A stretch of 55,223 bases of DNA from Desulfuromonadales bacterium (GTDB lineage: Bacteria > Desulfobacterota > Desulfuromonadia > Desulfuromonadales > UBA2294). Location: positions 1-55,223 of the forward strand of contig JACUTX010000001.1 of assembly GCA_014859615.1 (NCBI GenBank), written 5' to 3'. Position 1 is the stretch's first letter. Each line of letters begins with the position of its first letter. Positions 38,033 to 47,282 of this stretch are shown here, piece by piece. The notes beneath the pieces were generated by a model. It was not told where the DNA came from, searched no databases, and was given only the letters and a program-made list of their open reading frames with translations. Both the position numbers and the translations under genes were made by a program.

Positions 38033-40141
38033 GTGTCTCTTCAAAAGTATATCGAAATATTCGCCAGAGAGGCTGAAGAACATCTGCAGTCGCTTCGTCA
38101 TGGATTATTGGCGATCGAGACGCAAGGGGCGACGCCAGAGCTGATTCACGAACTGTTGCGCAACGCCCATACGATAAAAGGGTCGGCGATGATGGTCGGT
38201 CTGGAGCAGATCGCCGAGTTGACGCACCAGATGGAGAGTCTGTTTGCCGGGTTCGAATCGGGGAGTCGTGAATTGACCCCCGGTTGTGTTGACGTTCTGC
38301 TGCTCGCCACCGATACGGTTGAAGAACTCCTGGCCAGGGTGCAGGCTGGAGATCAATCGAAGGTTGAGGTCGGCTCTGTTCTTGAAGGGTTGAAAAATGG
38401 TAAATTGGCCCAGGTTCCGGTCGTTGCTGCCGGGTCTGAATCGGTTACCGGAGCGGGGCGGGAGCGCAATAAGACGGTCCGGGCGAGTGTGGAGCGTCTT
38501 GATGTTCTGGTGAATCAGTTGGGCGAACTGCTGATTGCCCGACAGGAGTTTGACGATAAGATTCGACAGATTCGTCAGCTTAATCGGCAGTTTGAAGAGT
38601 TTATGGCTGTCCTGCGCAAAGACGATAACTGCGAAAAAGCCAAAAGTCTGCTCGCAAAATACAGCCGGATGGCAAACGATTTGGAGCAGAGTACTTTTGC
38701 CCTCGGCTATCAGGCAGAGGAGTTGCATGCAAGCGCCATGCAGCTGCGGATGATGCCTCTCTCGACCATCACAGAGGATCTGGTCCGGATGGTTCGTGAT
38801 CTGGGGCGGGAGCAAGGGAAGAGTGTCACCCTGGACGTAGAAGGGGAATCGCTTGAACTCGATCGAGTCCTCCTCGACGAGATCAAACCGATGCTGATGC
38901 ACATGGTCCGCAACGCCGTTGATCATGGCGTCGAAGCGAAGGAGGAGCGGGCCGCCTGCGGCAAGCCCGAACAGAGTCTGATTCGATTAAAGGCGCGTTA
39001 CGAGGGGGGGAAAGCTCAGCTGGTCCTCTCCGATGACGGCCGGGGGATCGATCCGCATAGTGTCCGTAAGGCGGCCGTCGATAAGAAGCTGCTGTCACAG
39101 AGTGAAGCAGGGTCGATGAGTGATGAGGAGTCGGTTTATCTGATTTTGCGCCCCGGTTTTTCAACCCGGACCTTTGTAACCGATATCTCTGGCCGGGGGG
39201 TCGGTATGGATATCGTGAAGACCAATATCGACCGGATCAAAGGGAATCTGCTGATCGATTCCGTGCCGGGGGCGGGGACGGCAATGCAGCTGACATTTCC
39301 GCTGTCGACAGCGGTTTTCACAAGTCTGCTGGCTGAAAGTGACGGTGAAAAGTACGCGATCCCCCTCAATTATGTTGCGGAAGTTCTGCGCCTGAACGAT
39401 GCGGATATTCTGCAAGAACTCGGACGTGAAGTGGTGCGGGTGCATGGCGAAACGATCCCCCTCTTTTCACTGACGGCTCTGCTCAACCCCGGTTCATCGG
39501 ATCGGGTCGCGGGGCGACGCATCAGTGCGGTCATTCTGCATTTTCGCAACCGAAAGATCGCCTGCCTGGTCTCCAGAATTATCGGCGAACAAGATATCGT
39601 CGTGAAAAATATGGGGAAACAACTGAAGAGTGTAGAATTCTTCAGCGGTGCAACCATTCTCGGTGACGGCTCTCCGGCGCTGATTCTGTCGATTCCGGAT
39701 CTGTTTGGCAGCGGCATCAATCAGGGGAAAACCCGACTCTCTGAAGAGATTGATGCCTATTCAGCGGCGCAGAAAAAGGGGAGGATTCTGGTGGTCGATG
39801 ATTCGATTACAACCCGGACGATGGAAAAAAATATTCTTGAGACGCACGGCTATCAGGTGACGATTGCCGTCTCCGGATTTGATGCCCTGGAAAAACTCGA
39901 TGCAGGGAGTTTTGATCTGATGGTCAGCGATGTTGAGATGCCGGGGATGACCGGATTTGAATTGACCCGTAAGGTCCGTCAGCGTGAAGAGACCAAAACT
40001 CTGCCGGTTATTATCTGTACCTCTCTGGCGACGGACGAACATAAACGTCTCGGCATGGAAGTGGGTGCCCAGGCCTATATCGTCAAGGGGAACTTTGACC
40101 AGGGGACCCTGCTCGATACGGTCGCCGCACTGATTGCGTAG
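38033..40141 (+). CDS. cheA: Hybrid chemotaxis histidine kinase CheA with C-terminal receiver (CheA-CheY, FrzE-like)
   Basis: 702 aa with a GTG start after AGGGGA. Hpt (HELLRNAHTIKGSAMMVG), HATPase (HMVRNAVDHGVE..DDGRGID..GRGVGMDIV), a CheW-like domain, and REC (ILVVDDSITTR..DLMVSDVEMPGM..IICTS..YIVKGNF). Confidence 0.92.
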   Translation: MSLQKYIEIFAREAEEHLQSLRHGLLAIETQGATPELIHELLRNAHTIKGSAMMVGLEQIAELTHQMESLFAGFESGSRELTPGCVDVLLLATDTVEELLARVQAGDQSKVEVGSVLEGLKNGKLAQVPVVAAGSESVTGAGRERNKTVRASVERLDVLVNQLGELLIARQEFDDKIRQIRQLNRQFEEFMAVLRKDDNCEKAKSLLAKYSRMANDLEQSTFALGYQAEELHASAMQLRMMPLSTITEDLVRMVRDLGREQGKSVTLDVEGESLELDRVLLDEIKPMLMHMVRNAVDHGVEAKEERAACGKPEQSLIRLKARYEGGKAQLVLSDDGRGIDPHSVRKAAVDKKLLSQSEAGSMSDEESVYLILRPGFSTRTFVTDISGRGVGMDIVKTNIDRIKGNLLIDSVPGAGTAMQLTFPLSTAVFTSLLAESDGEKYAIPLNYVAEVLRLNDADILQELGREVVRVHGETIPLFSLTALLNPGSSDRVAGRRISAVILHFRNRKIACLVSRIIGEQDIVVKNMGKQLKSVEFFSGATILGDGSPALILSIPDLFGSGINQGKTRLSEEIDAYSAAQKKGRILVVDDSITTRTMEKNILETHGYQVTIAVSGFDALEKLDAGSFDLMVSDVEMPGMTGFELTRKVRQREETKTLPVIICTSLATDEHKRLGMEVGAQAYIVKGNFDQGTLLDTVAALIA

Positions 40142-40147
40142 CTTACT

Positions 40148-41179
40148 ATGATCCGAGTTCTGCTGGCTGATGATTCACCGTTGACGCGGACGGTGATTAA
40201 AGAGCTGTTGATGTGTGACCCGCAGATTGCTGTGGTCGGTGAGGTGACCGATGGCCGCCAGGCGGTCGACGAAACCAGACGGTTGAAACCTGATCTGGTG
40301 ATTCTCGATGTGCTGATGCCGGTTATGGACGGTCTTGATGCCGTACGCGAGATTATGGCTGAATCCCCGACGCCGATCCTGGTATTGTCCGCCAACGTCG
40401 ATCGCACCGCAAGCCGTAATGCCTTTATCGCGATTGAGCTTGGCGCCCTTGATGTGATGGAAAAGCCGAAAGGGTTCGGCACCCACGCTTTCGAGACGAT
40501 TGCCCAGACGTTGCGCGACAAGGTCAAAAGTCTCGCCCGAATTCAGGTGATGCACCATTACCGTCGAGAGAGCAGGGGTGTTGCAAGTAAAGTAGCTCCA
40601 AAAAGTTTGGTCTGCACCGATCGCACCTTACTGGCGATCGGTGCCTCAACCGGTGGACCGAAGGCGATCATGCATGTTTTGCAGAATCTGCCGCGTAAAC
40701 CGGTGCCGGTTCTGATCGTGCAGCATATCGCCAACGGCTTTGTGAACGGTTTTGCCGATTGGCTCGACAAAGAGAACAGCTGGACGGTGCGTGTGGCGAC
40801 TGATGGTGACAGGCTTCTCCCCGGTGTCGTTCTGATCGCACCGTGCCTGCACCACATGGAGATCCGCAATGGACGGGTTTGTCTCACCGATGACCCGCCC
40901 AAAAACAGCTGCCGCCCTTCGGCCGATGTTCTGTTCAGCTCTCTGGCCCGCAACGGCTTCGGCGCGAAAACCGCCGCTATACTGCTGACCGGCATGGGGA
41001 CGGATGGTGCCGACGGCCTGCTGGAACTCAAAAACGCCGGTGCGTGCAGCTTTGTTCAGGATGAAGAGAGCTGCGCCGTGTTCGGTATGCCGCGTGCCGC
41101 CATTGAGCGCGACGCCGCTGATATGGTCCTCCCTCTGCCTGATATCCCTTTGATGCTGAAGCATATTCTCATCGACTGA
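40148..41179 (+). CDS. cheB: Protein-glutamate methylesterase/deamidase CheB
   Basis: 343 aa. REC (IRVLLADDSPL..LVILDVLMPVMDG..VLSA..MEKP) plus the CheB_methylest core (LLAIGASTGGPKA..VQHIANGF..GMGTDGA). Confidence 0.92.
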   Translation: MIRVLLADDSPLTRTVIKELLMCDPQIAVVGEVTDGRQAVDETRRLKPDLVILDVLMPVMDGLDAVREIMAESPTPILVLSANVDRTASRNAFIAIELGALDVMEKPKGFGTHAFETIAQTLRDKVKSLARIQVMHHYRRESRGVASKVAPKSLVCTDRTLLAIGASTGGPKAIMHVLQNLPRKPVPVLIVQHIANGFVNGFADWLDKENSWTVRVATDGDRLLPGVVLIAPCLHHMEIRNGRVCLTDDPPKNSCRPSADVLFSSLARNGFGAKTAAILLTGMGTDGADGLLELKNAGACSFVQDEESCAVFGMPRAAIERDAADMVLPLPDIPLMLKHILID

Positions 41180-41284
41180 AGCGATACCCCCTTCAAAAAC
41201 CGGTGCGTCTGTGTTATGAAGTAAGGCTCTGTCCACGTCGGGTTGTGGTGTGGAACCGATCTTTTTGCTTGAGGAGTTTTTTGC

Positions 41285-42766
41285 ATGGCGTTACGTCTCT
41301 ACAACACGATGGCCGGTCGTAAACAGGAATTTGTTCCGTTGAAACCGGGAGCTGTCAGCATGTATGTCTGCGGGGTGACGGTCTACGACCACTGCCATAT
41401 CGGCCATGCCCGGGCTAATATCGTTTTCGATATCGTCTATCGCTATCTCAAGTTTGCCGGCTACGCTGTCACCTATGTGCGCAACTATACGGACGTCGAT
41501 GACAAAATCATCAACCGGGCCAATGAACGGGGGATTTCAAGCAAGGAGTTGTCAGAAGAGTATATCCGTGCTTTTAATGAAGATATGGACGCCCTCGGTC
41601 TGCAGAAACCGACCCATCAGCCGAAGGCGACGGATTATATCCCGCAGATCGTCGATCTGGTCAGCAGATTGATTGAGCGGGGACTCGCTTACGAATCGGG
41701 CGGCGACGTCTATTTTGCCGTTGATAAATTTCCGGGTTACCTGAAACTGTCGAAACGCAACATGGATGATATGCTCGCCGGTGCGCGGATCGCACCGGGA
41801 GAACAGAAACAGAACCCGATGGATTTTGCCCTCTGGAAAACCGCCAAGCCGGGAGAACCATCCTGGTCATCCCCCTGGGGCGAGGGGCGTCCCGGCTGGC
41901 ACATCGAGTGCTCGGCCATGAGCATGGACCTGCTCGGGCCGTCGTTCGATATCCACGGCGGCGGCAAGGATCTGGTCTTTCCGCATCATGAAAACGAGAT
42001 CGCCCAGAGCGAAGGGACAACCGGCAAGCCGTTCGTCAAATACTGGATGCATAACGGCTTTGTCAATATCAATCAGGAGAAGATGAGCAAATCCCTCGGC
42101 AATTTCTTCACCATCCGGGAGATTCTGGAGAAATACGATCCGGAAGTGGTTCGCTTCTTTATCATCACTGCCCATTATCGCTCGCCGATCGATTTTTCTG
42201 ATCAGAATCTGGACGAGGCGAAGGTCGGGCTGAGCCGTTTTTATGAACTGCTGAAAGCGGCCGACGAACTGTTGGCAAGAATGCCTGTTCCGTCCAGGAT
42301 CCCCTGTCCGACCATCGATGATTCCGAACGGGAGATTTATGATCGGATTGAACTTCTCGAAGAGCGGTTCATTGAGGCGATGGATGACGATTTTAATGCC
42401 GCACTTGCTATCGGTCATCTGTTTGAAGCCGTACGCGGCCTGAATCGTTTGATCGCTGAACGGCGGTTTGAACAGTGCCCGCTATCTCTGGCGGTCCTTG
42501 CCGACGGGGTCAAAAAACTGCGCCGCCTCGGTGATGTTCTCGGCCTGTTTGGTTCTGAACCGGCCGCCTGGTTGGAGAAACAGAAGAGTGCCGGCCTTCA
42601 AGGGGGCGAACTGACCGCCGAAACGATCGAGGCCCTGATTGCAGAGCGCAAGCAGGCCCGGGCCGATCGCAACTTTACGCGCAGTGATGAAATTCGTGAT
42701 GAGCTCGACGCCAAGGGAGTTATCCTGCTCGATTCACGCGAAGGGACGACCTGGAAACTGAAGTAG
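41285..42766 (+). CDS. cysS: Cysteine--tRNA ligase
   Basis: 493 aa. [16 protein letters not shown] (HIGH), HIECSAM and KMSKSLGN (KMSKS). Confidence 0.95.
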   Translation: MALRLYNTMAGRKQEFVPLKPGAVSMYVCGVTVYDHCHIGHARANIVFDIVYRYLKFAGYAVTYVRNYTDVDDKIINRANERGISSKELSEEYIRAFNEDMDALGLQKPTHQPKATDYIPQIVDLVSRLIERGLAYESGGDVYFAVDKFPGYLKLSKRNMDDMLAGARIAPGEQKQNPMDFALWKTAKPGEPSWSSPWGEGRPGWHIECSAMSMDLLGPSFDIHGGGKDLVFPHHENEIAQSEGTTGKPFVKYWMHNGFVNINQEKMSKSLGNFFTIREILEKYDPEVVRFFIITAHYRSPIDFSDQNLDEAKVGLSRFYELLKAADELLARMPVPSRIPCPTIDDSEREIYDRIELLEERFIEAMDDDFNAALAIGHLFEAVRGLNRLIAERRFEQCPLSLAVLADGVKKLRRLGDVLGLFGSEPAAWLEKQKSAGLQGGELTAETIEALIAERKQARADRNFTRSDEIRDELDAKGVILLDSREGTTWKLK

Positions 42767-42797
42767 CGCCTTCTTCACCATTTTCAGCTAAACTATA

Positions 42798-42826
42798 CCC
42801 CCCCCGGTTTTGTCGGGGGGTTTTTC
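42798..42826 (+). terminator. Rho-independent terminator after cysS
   Basis: CCCCCCG-GTTTTGT-CGGGGGG followed by TTTTT. Confidence 0.75.
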
Positions 42827-42862
42827 ATTGTTCGATAATATTCTTGAAACGGGTGCACATCG

Positions 42863-43729
42863 ATGTCAGCACAGCAGTCACAATCACATGTCCGCGGTAT
42901 TCTGATTGTCGTCGCCGGTGTGCTGCTGATCAGCTTTGATGTTCTGCTGGTGCGCCTCGCCGGCGTCGACGGCTGGAATGTCTCGTTCTGGCGTGGGGTT
43001 TTTATGTCTCTGGCGATGGCGCCGTTCTGCCTTATCGGACTGCTGCGGGCAGGGGGAAAGCCCGAGAATATCAGGGGGGTTCTGTTGGCGGCGCTAATGA
43101 TGGCGCTCAGCAGTTTGGGATTGGTTCTCGCCTTTACCCTGACCCGGGCGGCGAATGCAGTCGTGATTTTAAGCGCAGCGCCCCTCTTTGCCGCCCTGTT
43201 CAGTCGCTGGTTTTTGGGTGAGCGCTGTCCATTGCGAACCTGGCTGGCAATTCTTGTCTGCATGGCCGGAGTGGTCTGGGTGATGCGGGGCTCGATCGGT
43301 GGGGGAGATCTGGTCGGCGATCTGCTCGCGGTGGTGGCGACGGTTTTTGTCGGTGGCTACTTTACGGTATTTCGTCGTTACCCGAAACTCTCCCGCTCGG
43401 CCGTAATTGTCTCTGGTGGATTGATGATGGCGCTGATTTCCCTGCCGTTGGCAACCCCTTTTGTTCTCTCCACAGTGAGTTACGGCTGGCTCGCCCTCGC
43501 CGGTTTTATTCAGATGCCGATCGCCATGCTGCTGATTACAGTCGGAACCCGTTTTCTCCCGGCAACGGAAGTGAGCCTGTTTTTGCTGCTCGAAACAATT
43601 CTGGCTCCGATCTGGGTCTGGATGGTGTTTGCCGAGGTGCCGCCGGAAGCGACTCTGGCTGGCGGGGTGTTGATTCTGCTGACGCTGATCGTCCATACAG
43701 TGGTCGGGGTTATGATGAGAGAGGAATAA
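42863..43729 (+). CDS. EamA/DMT-family transporter
   Basis: 288 aa, about 10 TM helices in two similar halves. The overall pattern is EamA-like (..AANAVVILSAAPLFAALFSRWFLGER..). Confidence 0.78.
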   Translation: MSAQQSQSHVRGILIVVAGVLLISFDVLLVRLAGVDGWNVSFWRGVFMSLAMAPFCLIGLLRAGGKPENIRGVLLAALMMALSSLGLVLAFTLTRAANAVVILSAAPLFAALFSRWFLGERCPLRTWLAILVCMAGVVWVMRGSIGGGDLVGDLLAVVATVFVGGYFTVFRRYPKLSRSAVIVSGGLMMALISLPLATPFVLSTVSYGWLALAGFIQMPIAMLLITVGTRFLPATEVSLFLLLETILAPIWVWMVFAEVPPEATLAGGVLILLTLIVHTVVGVMMREE

Positions 43730-43770
43730 AAACAGGGATTTTTGTCTGCCTCAGCTTTGCGGTAATGTGA

Positions 43771-43806
43771 AAGGCCCGCTTGATTGCGCGCGGGCCTTCT
43801 TTCTAT
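43771..43806 (+). terminator. Probable terminator after the EamA gene
   Basis: 9-bp stem AAGGCCCGC/GCGGGCCTT with a 10-nt loop, followed by the weak T-tract CTTTCTA. Confidence 0.55.
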
Positions 43807-44115
43807 CCTATGGAATTTTCCTGTTCACAGGTATTTCCGGCGGCTTACACCAGCCAGAGTCTTGGAATATGTCTCGATGTGACGTGCTGCTGTTTCGATA
43901 GGCAACTCCTTTCGCTAAGCAACTCCCCCCTCTGCCTTCATTATACACTCATAGTTTGAAATTGCATCTGGCGGTTACTTAAAAGGATTCGCAGACCGCT
44001 CAAACGTTAAAAGTCTGTTTGCCAACCGTACACTCCTGTGGTCAAATAGAGTCATTCAATCATTAAATAGCCGACAGCAACCGCAAAGTTAATTTATCAG
44101 CAGGAGGTTAATCCG

Positions 44116-44751
44116 ATGAAAATCGTAGCTTTTAACGGCAGTCCGCACATGGAAGGGAACACCTTTTACGCGATCAATCTGGTCGCAGCCGAGCTCGAAA
44201 AAGCGGGGATCGACACGGAGATTATTCAGGTTGGAAACAAGCCGATCCAGGGGTGTACTGCCTGCGGCATGTGCATAAAAAATCAGGATGAGCGATGCGT
44301 GCTCAAAGGTGATGATGTCAATGCGTGGATTCAGGCGATGAAGGGGGCCGAAGGGATCCTTCTCGGCTCGCCGGTGCATTTCGCAGGGGTTGGCGGCGCG
44401 ATGAAATCGTTTCTGGATCGGGCGTTTTATGTGAGTGGCGTTAATGGCAACCTCCTCCGCCACAAGGTTGGGGCGGCGGTCGTCGCGGTCAGGCGCTCTG
44501 GCGGCCTGCCGACCTTTGAGCAGCTGAACAATTTTCTGCTCTATTCGGAGCTGTTGCTCCCGACCTCCAACTACTGGAATGTGATCCATGGCACGCGCCC
44601 TGGCGATGCGGCGCAGGATGTCGAAGGGGTGCAGATCATGCGGATCCTCGGCCGCAATATGGCGTGGCTGATGAAGTTGATCGAAAACGGACAAGGGACG
44701 GTCATCCCGCCGCAACAGGAGGCGAAAACCTTTATGAACTTTATTCGCTGA
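44116..44751 (+). CDS. Flavodoxin-fold NAD(P)H-dependent FMN reductase / iron-sulfur flavoprotein (Isf)-like protein
   Basis: 211 aa after an AGGAGG RBS. MKIVAFNGSPHMEGNT.. and GILLGSPVHFAGVGGAMKSFLDR fit the FMN_red/Isf pattern. The Cys cluster CTACGMC..C is compatible with an Isf-type Fe-S site. Confidence 0.72.
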   Translation: MKIVAFNGSPHMEGNTFYAINLVAAELEKAGIDTEIIQVGNKPIQGCTACGMCIKNQDERCVLKGDDVNAWIQAMKGAEGILLGSPVHFAGVGGAMKSFLDRAFYVSGVNGNLLRHKVGAAVVAVRRSGGLPTFEQLNNFLLYSELLLPTSNYWNVIHGTRPGDAAQDVEGVQIMRILGRNMAWLMKLIENGQGTVIPPQQEAKTFMNFIR

Positions 44752-44859
44752 GAATAATACCCCGTTGAGAAAAAGGAGCGGGGTGGAGAAAAGAGAGATG
44801 TCTAATTAGAGGTGGACCCTTCCACTATTCATTCCGACCGCTGTGATTAAATAGAGATC

Positions 44860-46857
44860 ATGACAGATTTCAGACTTACATCCCCCTACCAACCGAGCGG
44901 CGATCAGCCGCAGGCCATCCGCGAACTGACTGAAGGTCTTCTGCGTGGCGACCAGCATCAGGTGCTGCTCGGCGTTACCGGCTCAGGGAAGACCTTCACC
45001 ATGGCCAATCTGGTGCAGCAGCTGCAGCGCCCGACTCTGGTTCTGGCCCACAACAAGACGCTGGCCGCCCAGCTCTACGGTGAATTCCGCGAGCTCTTCC
45101 CGGACAACGCCGTCGAATACTTCGTCTCCTACTACGATTACTATCAGCCCGAGGCGTATGTTCCGGTGACCGACACTTTCATCGAGAAGGATTCGTCGAT
45201 CAACGAGGAGATCGACAAGCTGCGCCACAGCGCTACCCGCAGCCTGCTGACCCGGCGCGACGTGCTGATTGTCGCTTCGGTCTCCTGTATCTACGGTCTC
45301 GGTTCGCCGGAAGCGTACTTCGGAATGCTGGTAAAGCTTCAAGTCGGCATGGAGCAGGATCGCAATACCCTGCTCAAGCAGCTGGTCGACATCCAGTATG
45401 AGCGCAACGATGTCGATTTTCATCGCGGCACCTTCCGGGTGCGCGGCGATACGGTGGAGATTTTTCCGGCTTACGAAGAGAAGTTGGCGCTGCGGATTGA
45501 GTTCTTCGGCGACGAGATCGAGGCGATTCGCGAAATTGATCCGCTGCGCGGTATCATCCTCGGTGAGTTGACATCGACTACTATTTTTCCGGCGAGTCAC
45601 TACGTGGCGACCCGGCCGACCCTCGATCGGGCGGTACGGATGATCCAGGATGAATTGCGGGAGAGGATTCAGTTTTTTAAAGAGAATAACCAGCTGATCG
45701 AGGCGCAGCGGATCGAGCAGCGGACACTGTTCGATATCGAGCTGATGGAAGAGATGGGTTACTGTCAGGGGATCGAGAACTATTCGCGCTTCCTCGATAA
45801 TCGGCAGGCGGGGGAGCCGCCGGCGACGCTGATCGATTACTTCCCCAAAGATGCGATGCTGTTCATCGACGAGAGTCATGTTTCGGTCAGCCAGGTCGGA
45901 GCGATGTATCGGGGTGATCGGTCGCGCAAGGAGACTCTGGTCGGTTATGGCTTTCGTATGCCGTCGGCGCTCGATAACCGGCCGCTCACTTTTGAGGAGT
46001 TTGAAGGGAAGGGGCTGCAGACTGTTTATGTTTCGGCGACTCCCGGGGATTATGAGCTGGAGAAGGCCCACGGGGTGGTGGTGGAGCAGATTGTTCGTCC
46101 AACCGGTCTGATCGATCCTCCCATCGATATTCGTCCGGCGACGGAGCAGGTCGATGACCTGCTCGGTGAACTGCGTATCTGTGTTGAAAAAGGAGAACGG
46201 GTCCTGGTGACAACCTTGACCAAACGAATGGCTGAGGATTTGACCGACTATCTCGGTGAGCACGGGATCCTGGTTCGCTATCTCCATTCCGATATTGATA
46301 CCGTTGAGCGGGTCGAGATTATCCGGGATTTACGGGCGGGTGAATTCGATGTGCTGGTCGGGATCAACCTGTTGCGCGAAGGGCTCGATATTCCCGAGGT
46401 CGCCCTGGTGGCGATTCTCGATGCCGATAAAGAAGGTTTTTTGCGCAGCAAGCGCTCCCTGATTCAGATCTGTGGCCGGGCGGCCAGACATCTTGAAGGG
46501 CGGGTCATTATGTATGCGGATAAAGTGACCCGTTCCATGCAGGCCTGTCTGGATGAGACCGACCGCAGGCGGCAGGTACAGGAAGAGTACAACCGCGTTC
46601 ATGGAATCACGCCGACATCGATTCAGAAGAGTCTGCGCACGATTCTGGATGATATGGCGGCACGCGATGAGAGTGAATACGAGCTGCTGGCCGCCGAAGA
46701 GTTGAGTGCTTACCATAACCCGAAACAGCTGCAAAACGAGATCAAAAAGACCAAACAGCAGATGCTCGCCGCCGCCGCTGACCTCGATTTTGAACAGGCG
46801 GCAGAGCTGCGGGATCGGATGCTGATTCTCGAGAAAAGAGAGCTGGCACTGCGTTGA
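44860..46857 (+). CDS. uvrB: Excinuclease ABC subunit B
   Basis: 665 aa. PSGDQPQAI, Walker [15 protein letters not shown] box (IDESHVS), beta-hairpin region [10 protein letters not shown], and C-terminal UVR motif ([12 protein letters not shown]). Confidence 0.98.
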   Translation: MTDFRLTSPYQPSGDQPQAIRELTEGLLRGDQHQVLLGVTGSGKTFTMANLVQQLQRPTLVLAHNKTLAAQLYGEFRELFPDNAVEYFVSYYDYYQPEAYVPVTDTFIEKDSSINEEIDKLRHSATRSLLTRRDVLIVASVSCIYGLGSPEAYFGMLVKLQVGMEQDRNTLLKQLVDIQYERNDVDFHRGTFRVRGDTVEIFPAYEEKLALRIEFFGDEIEAIREIDPLRGIILGELTSTTIFPASHYVATRPTLDRAVRMIQDELRERIQFFKENNQLIEAQRIEQRTLFDIELMEEMGYCQGIENYSRFLDNRQAGEPPATLIDYFPKDAMLFIDESHVSVSQVGAMYRGDRSRKETLVGYGFRMPSALDNRPLTFEEFEGKGLQTVYVSATPGDYELEKAHGVVVEQIVRPTGLIDPPIDIRPATEQVDDLLGELRICVEKGERVLVTTLTKRMAEDLTDYLGEHGILVRYLHSDIDTVERVEIIRDLRAGEFDVLVGINLLREGLDIPEVALVAILDADKEGFLRSKRSLIQICGRAARHLEGRVIMYADKVTRSMQACLDETDRRRQVQEEYNRVHGITPTSIQKSLRTILDDMAARDESEYELLAAEELSAYHNPKQLQNEIKKTKQQMLAAAADLDFEQAAELRDRMLILEKRELALR

Positions 46858-46917
46858 AAGCAGCGGTCGAAAAAATCTTTACATCGCAGAGTCCCTTGAG
46901 GTATCTTACGCATCCGC

Positions 46918-47005
<88 letters not shown>

Positions 47006-47108
47006 GATTCAATCTGAACAGTGACTCCTTTTTAGGGGATTCGAAGCAAAGCGGGCGCCCCCCTCTTTGTCCGTATTCACTCTTTTCATGTACCGGTCAT
47101 GTTACCTT

Positions 47109-47224
47109 CAGAAGTGACAGCCGGGTCCCGTGCAACGTCATGCCGCCAACTCCGTCAGGCCCGGAAGGGAGCAGCGGTAACGGTAATGACGTGTGCCGCG
47201 GGAGTGCCTGGCTGTCACTTGTGG
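47109..47224 (+). ncRNA. ffs: Small (4.5S-type) signal recognition particle RNA
   Basis: Contains GTCAGGCCCGGAAGGGAGCAGCG (helix 8 with GGAA tetraloop) and AATGACGTGTGCCGCGGGAGTG, both close to E. coli 4.5S RNA. The closing stem is GTGACAGCC (47114)/GGCTGTCAC (47218). It sits immediately upstream of dnaX, as in many bacteria. The ends are approximate. Confidence 0.82.
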
Positions 47225-47282
47225 CGGTAACCCCCCTTTCTCATTCCAGCCCGAATTTCATAGCACTGCGGAGTGAATCTTT

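Noticed and set aside
41180-41284. Possible leader-RNA regulation (T-box or riboswitch) upstream of cysS and glnS.
   Set aside because: There is no T-box specifier/antiterminator pattern or other conserved riboswitch core that I could recognise. The leaders are short (about 105 and 85 nt).
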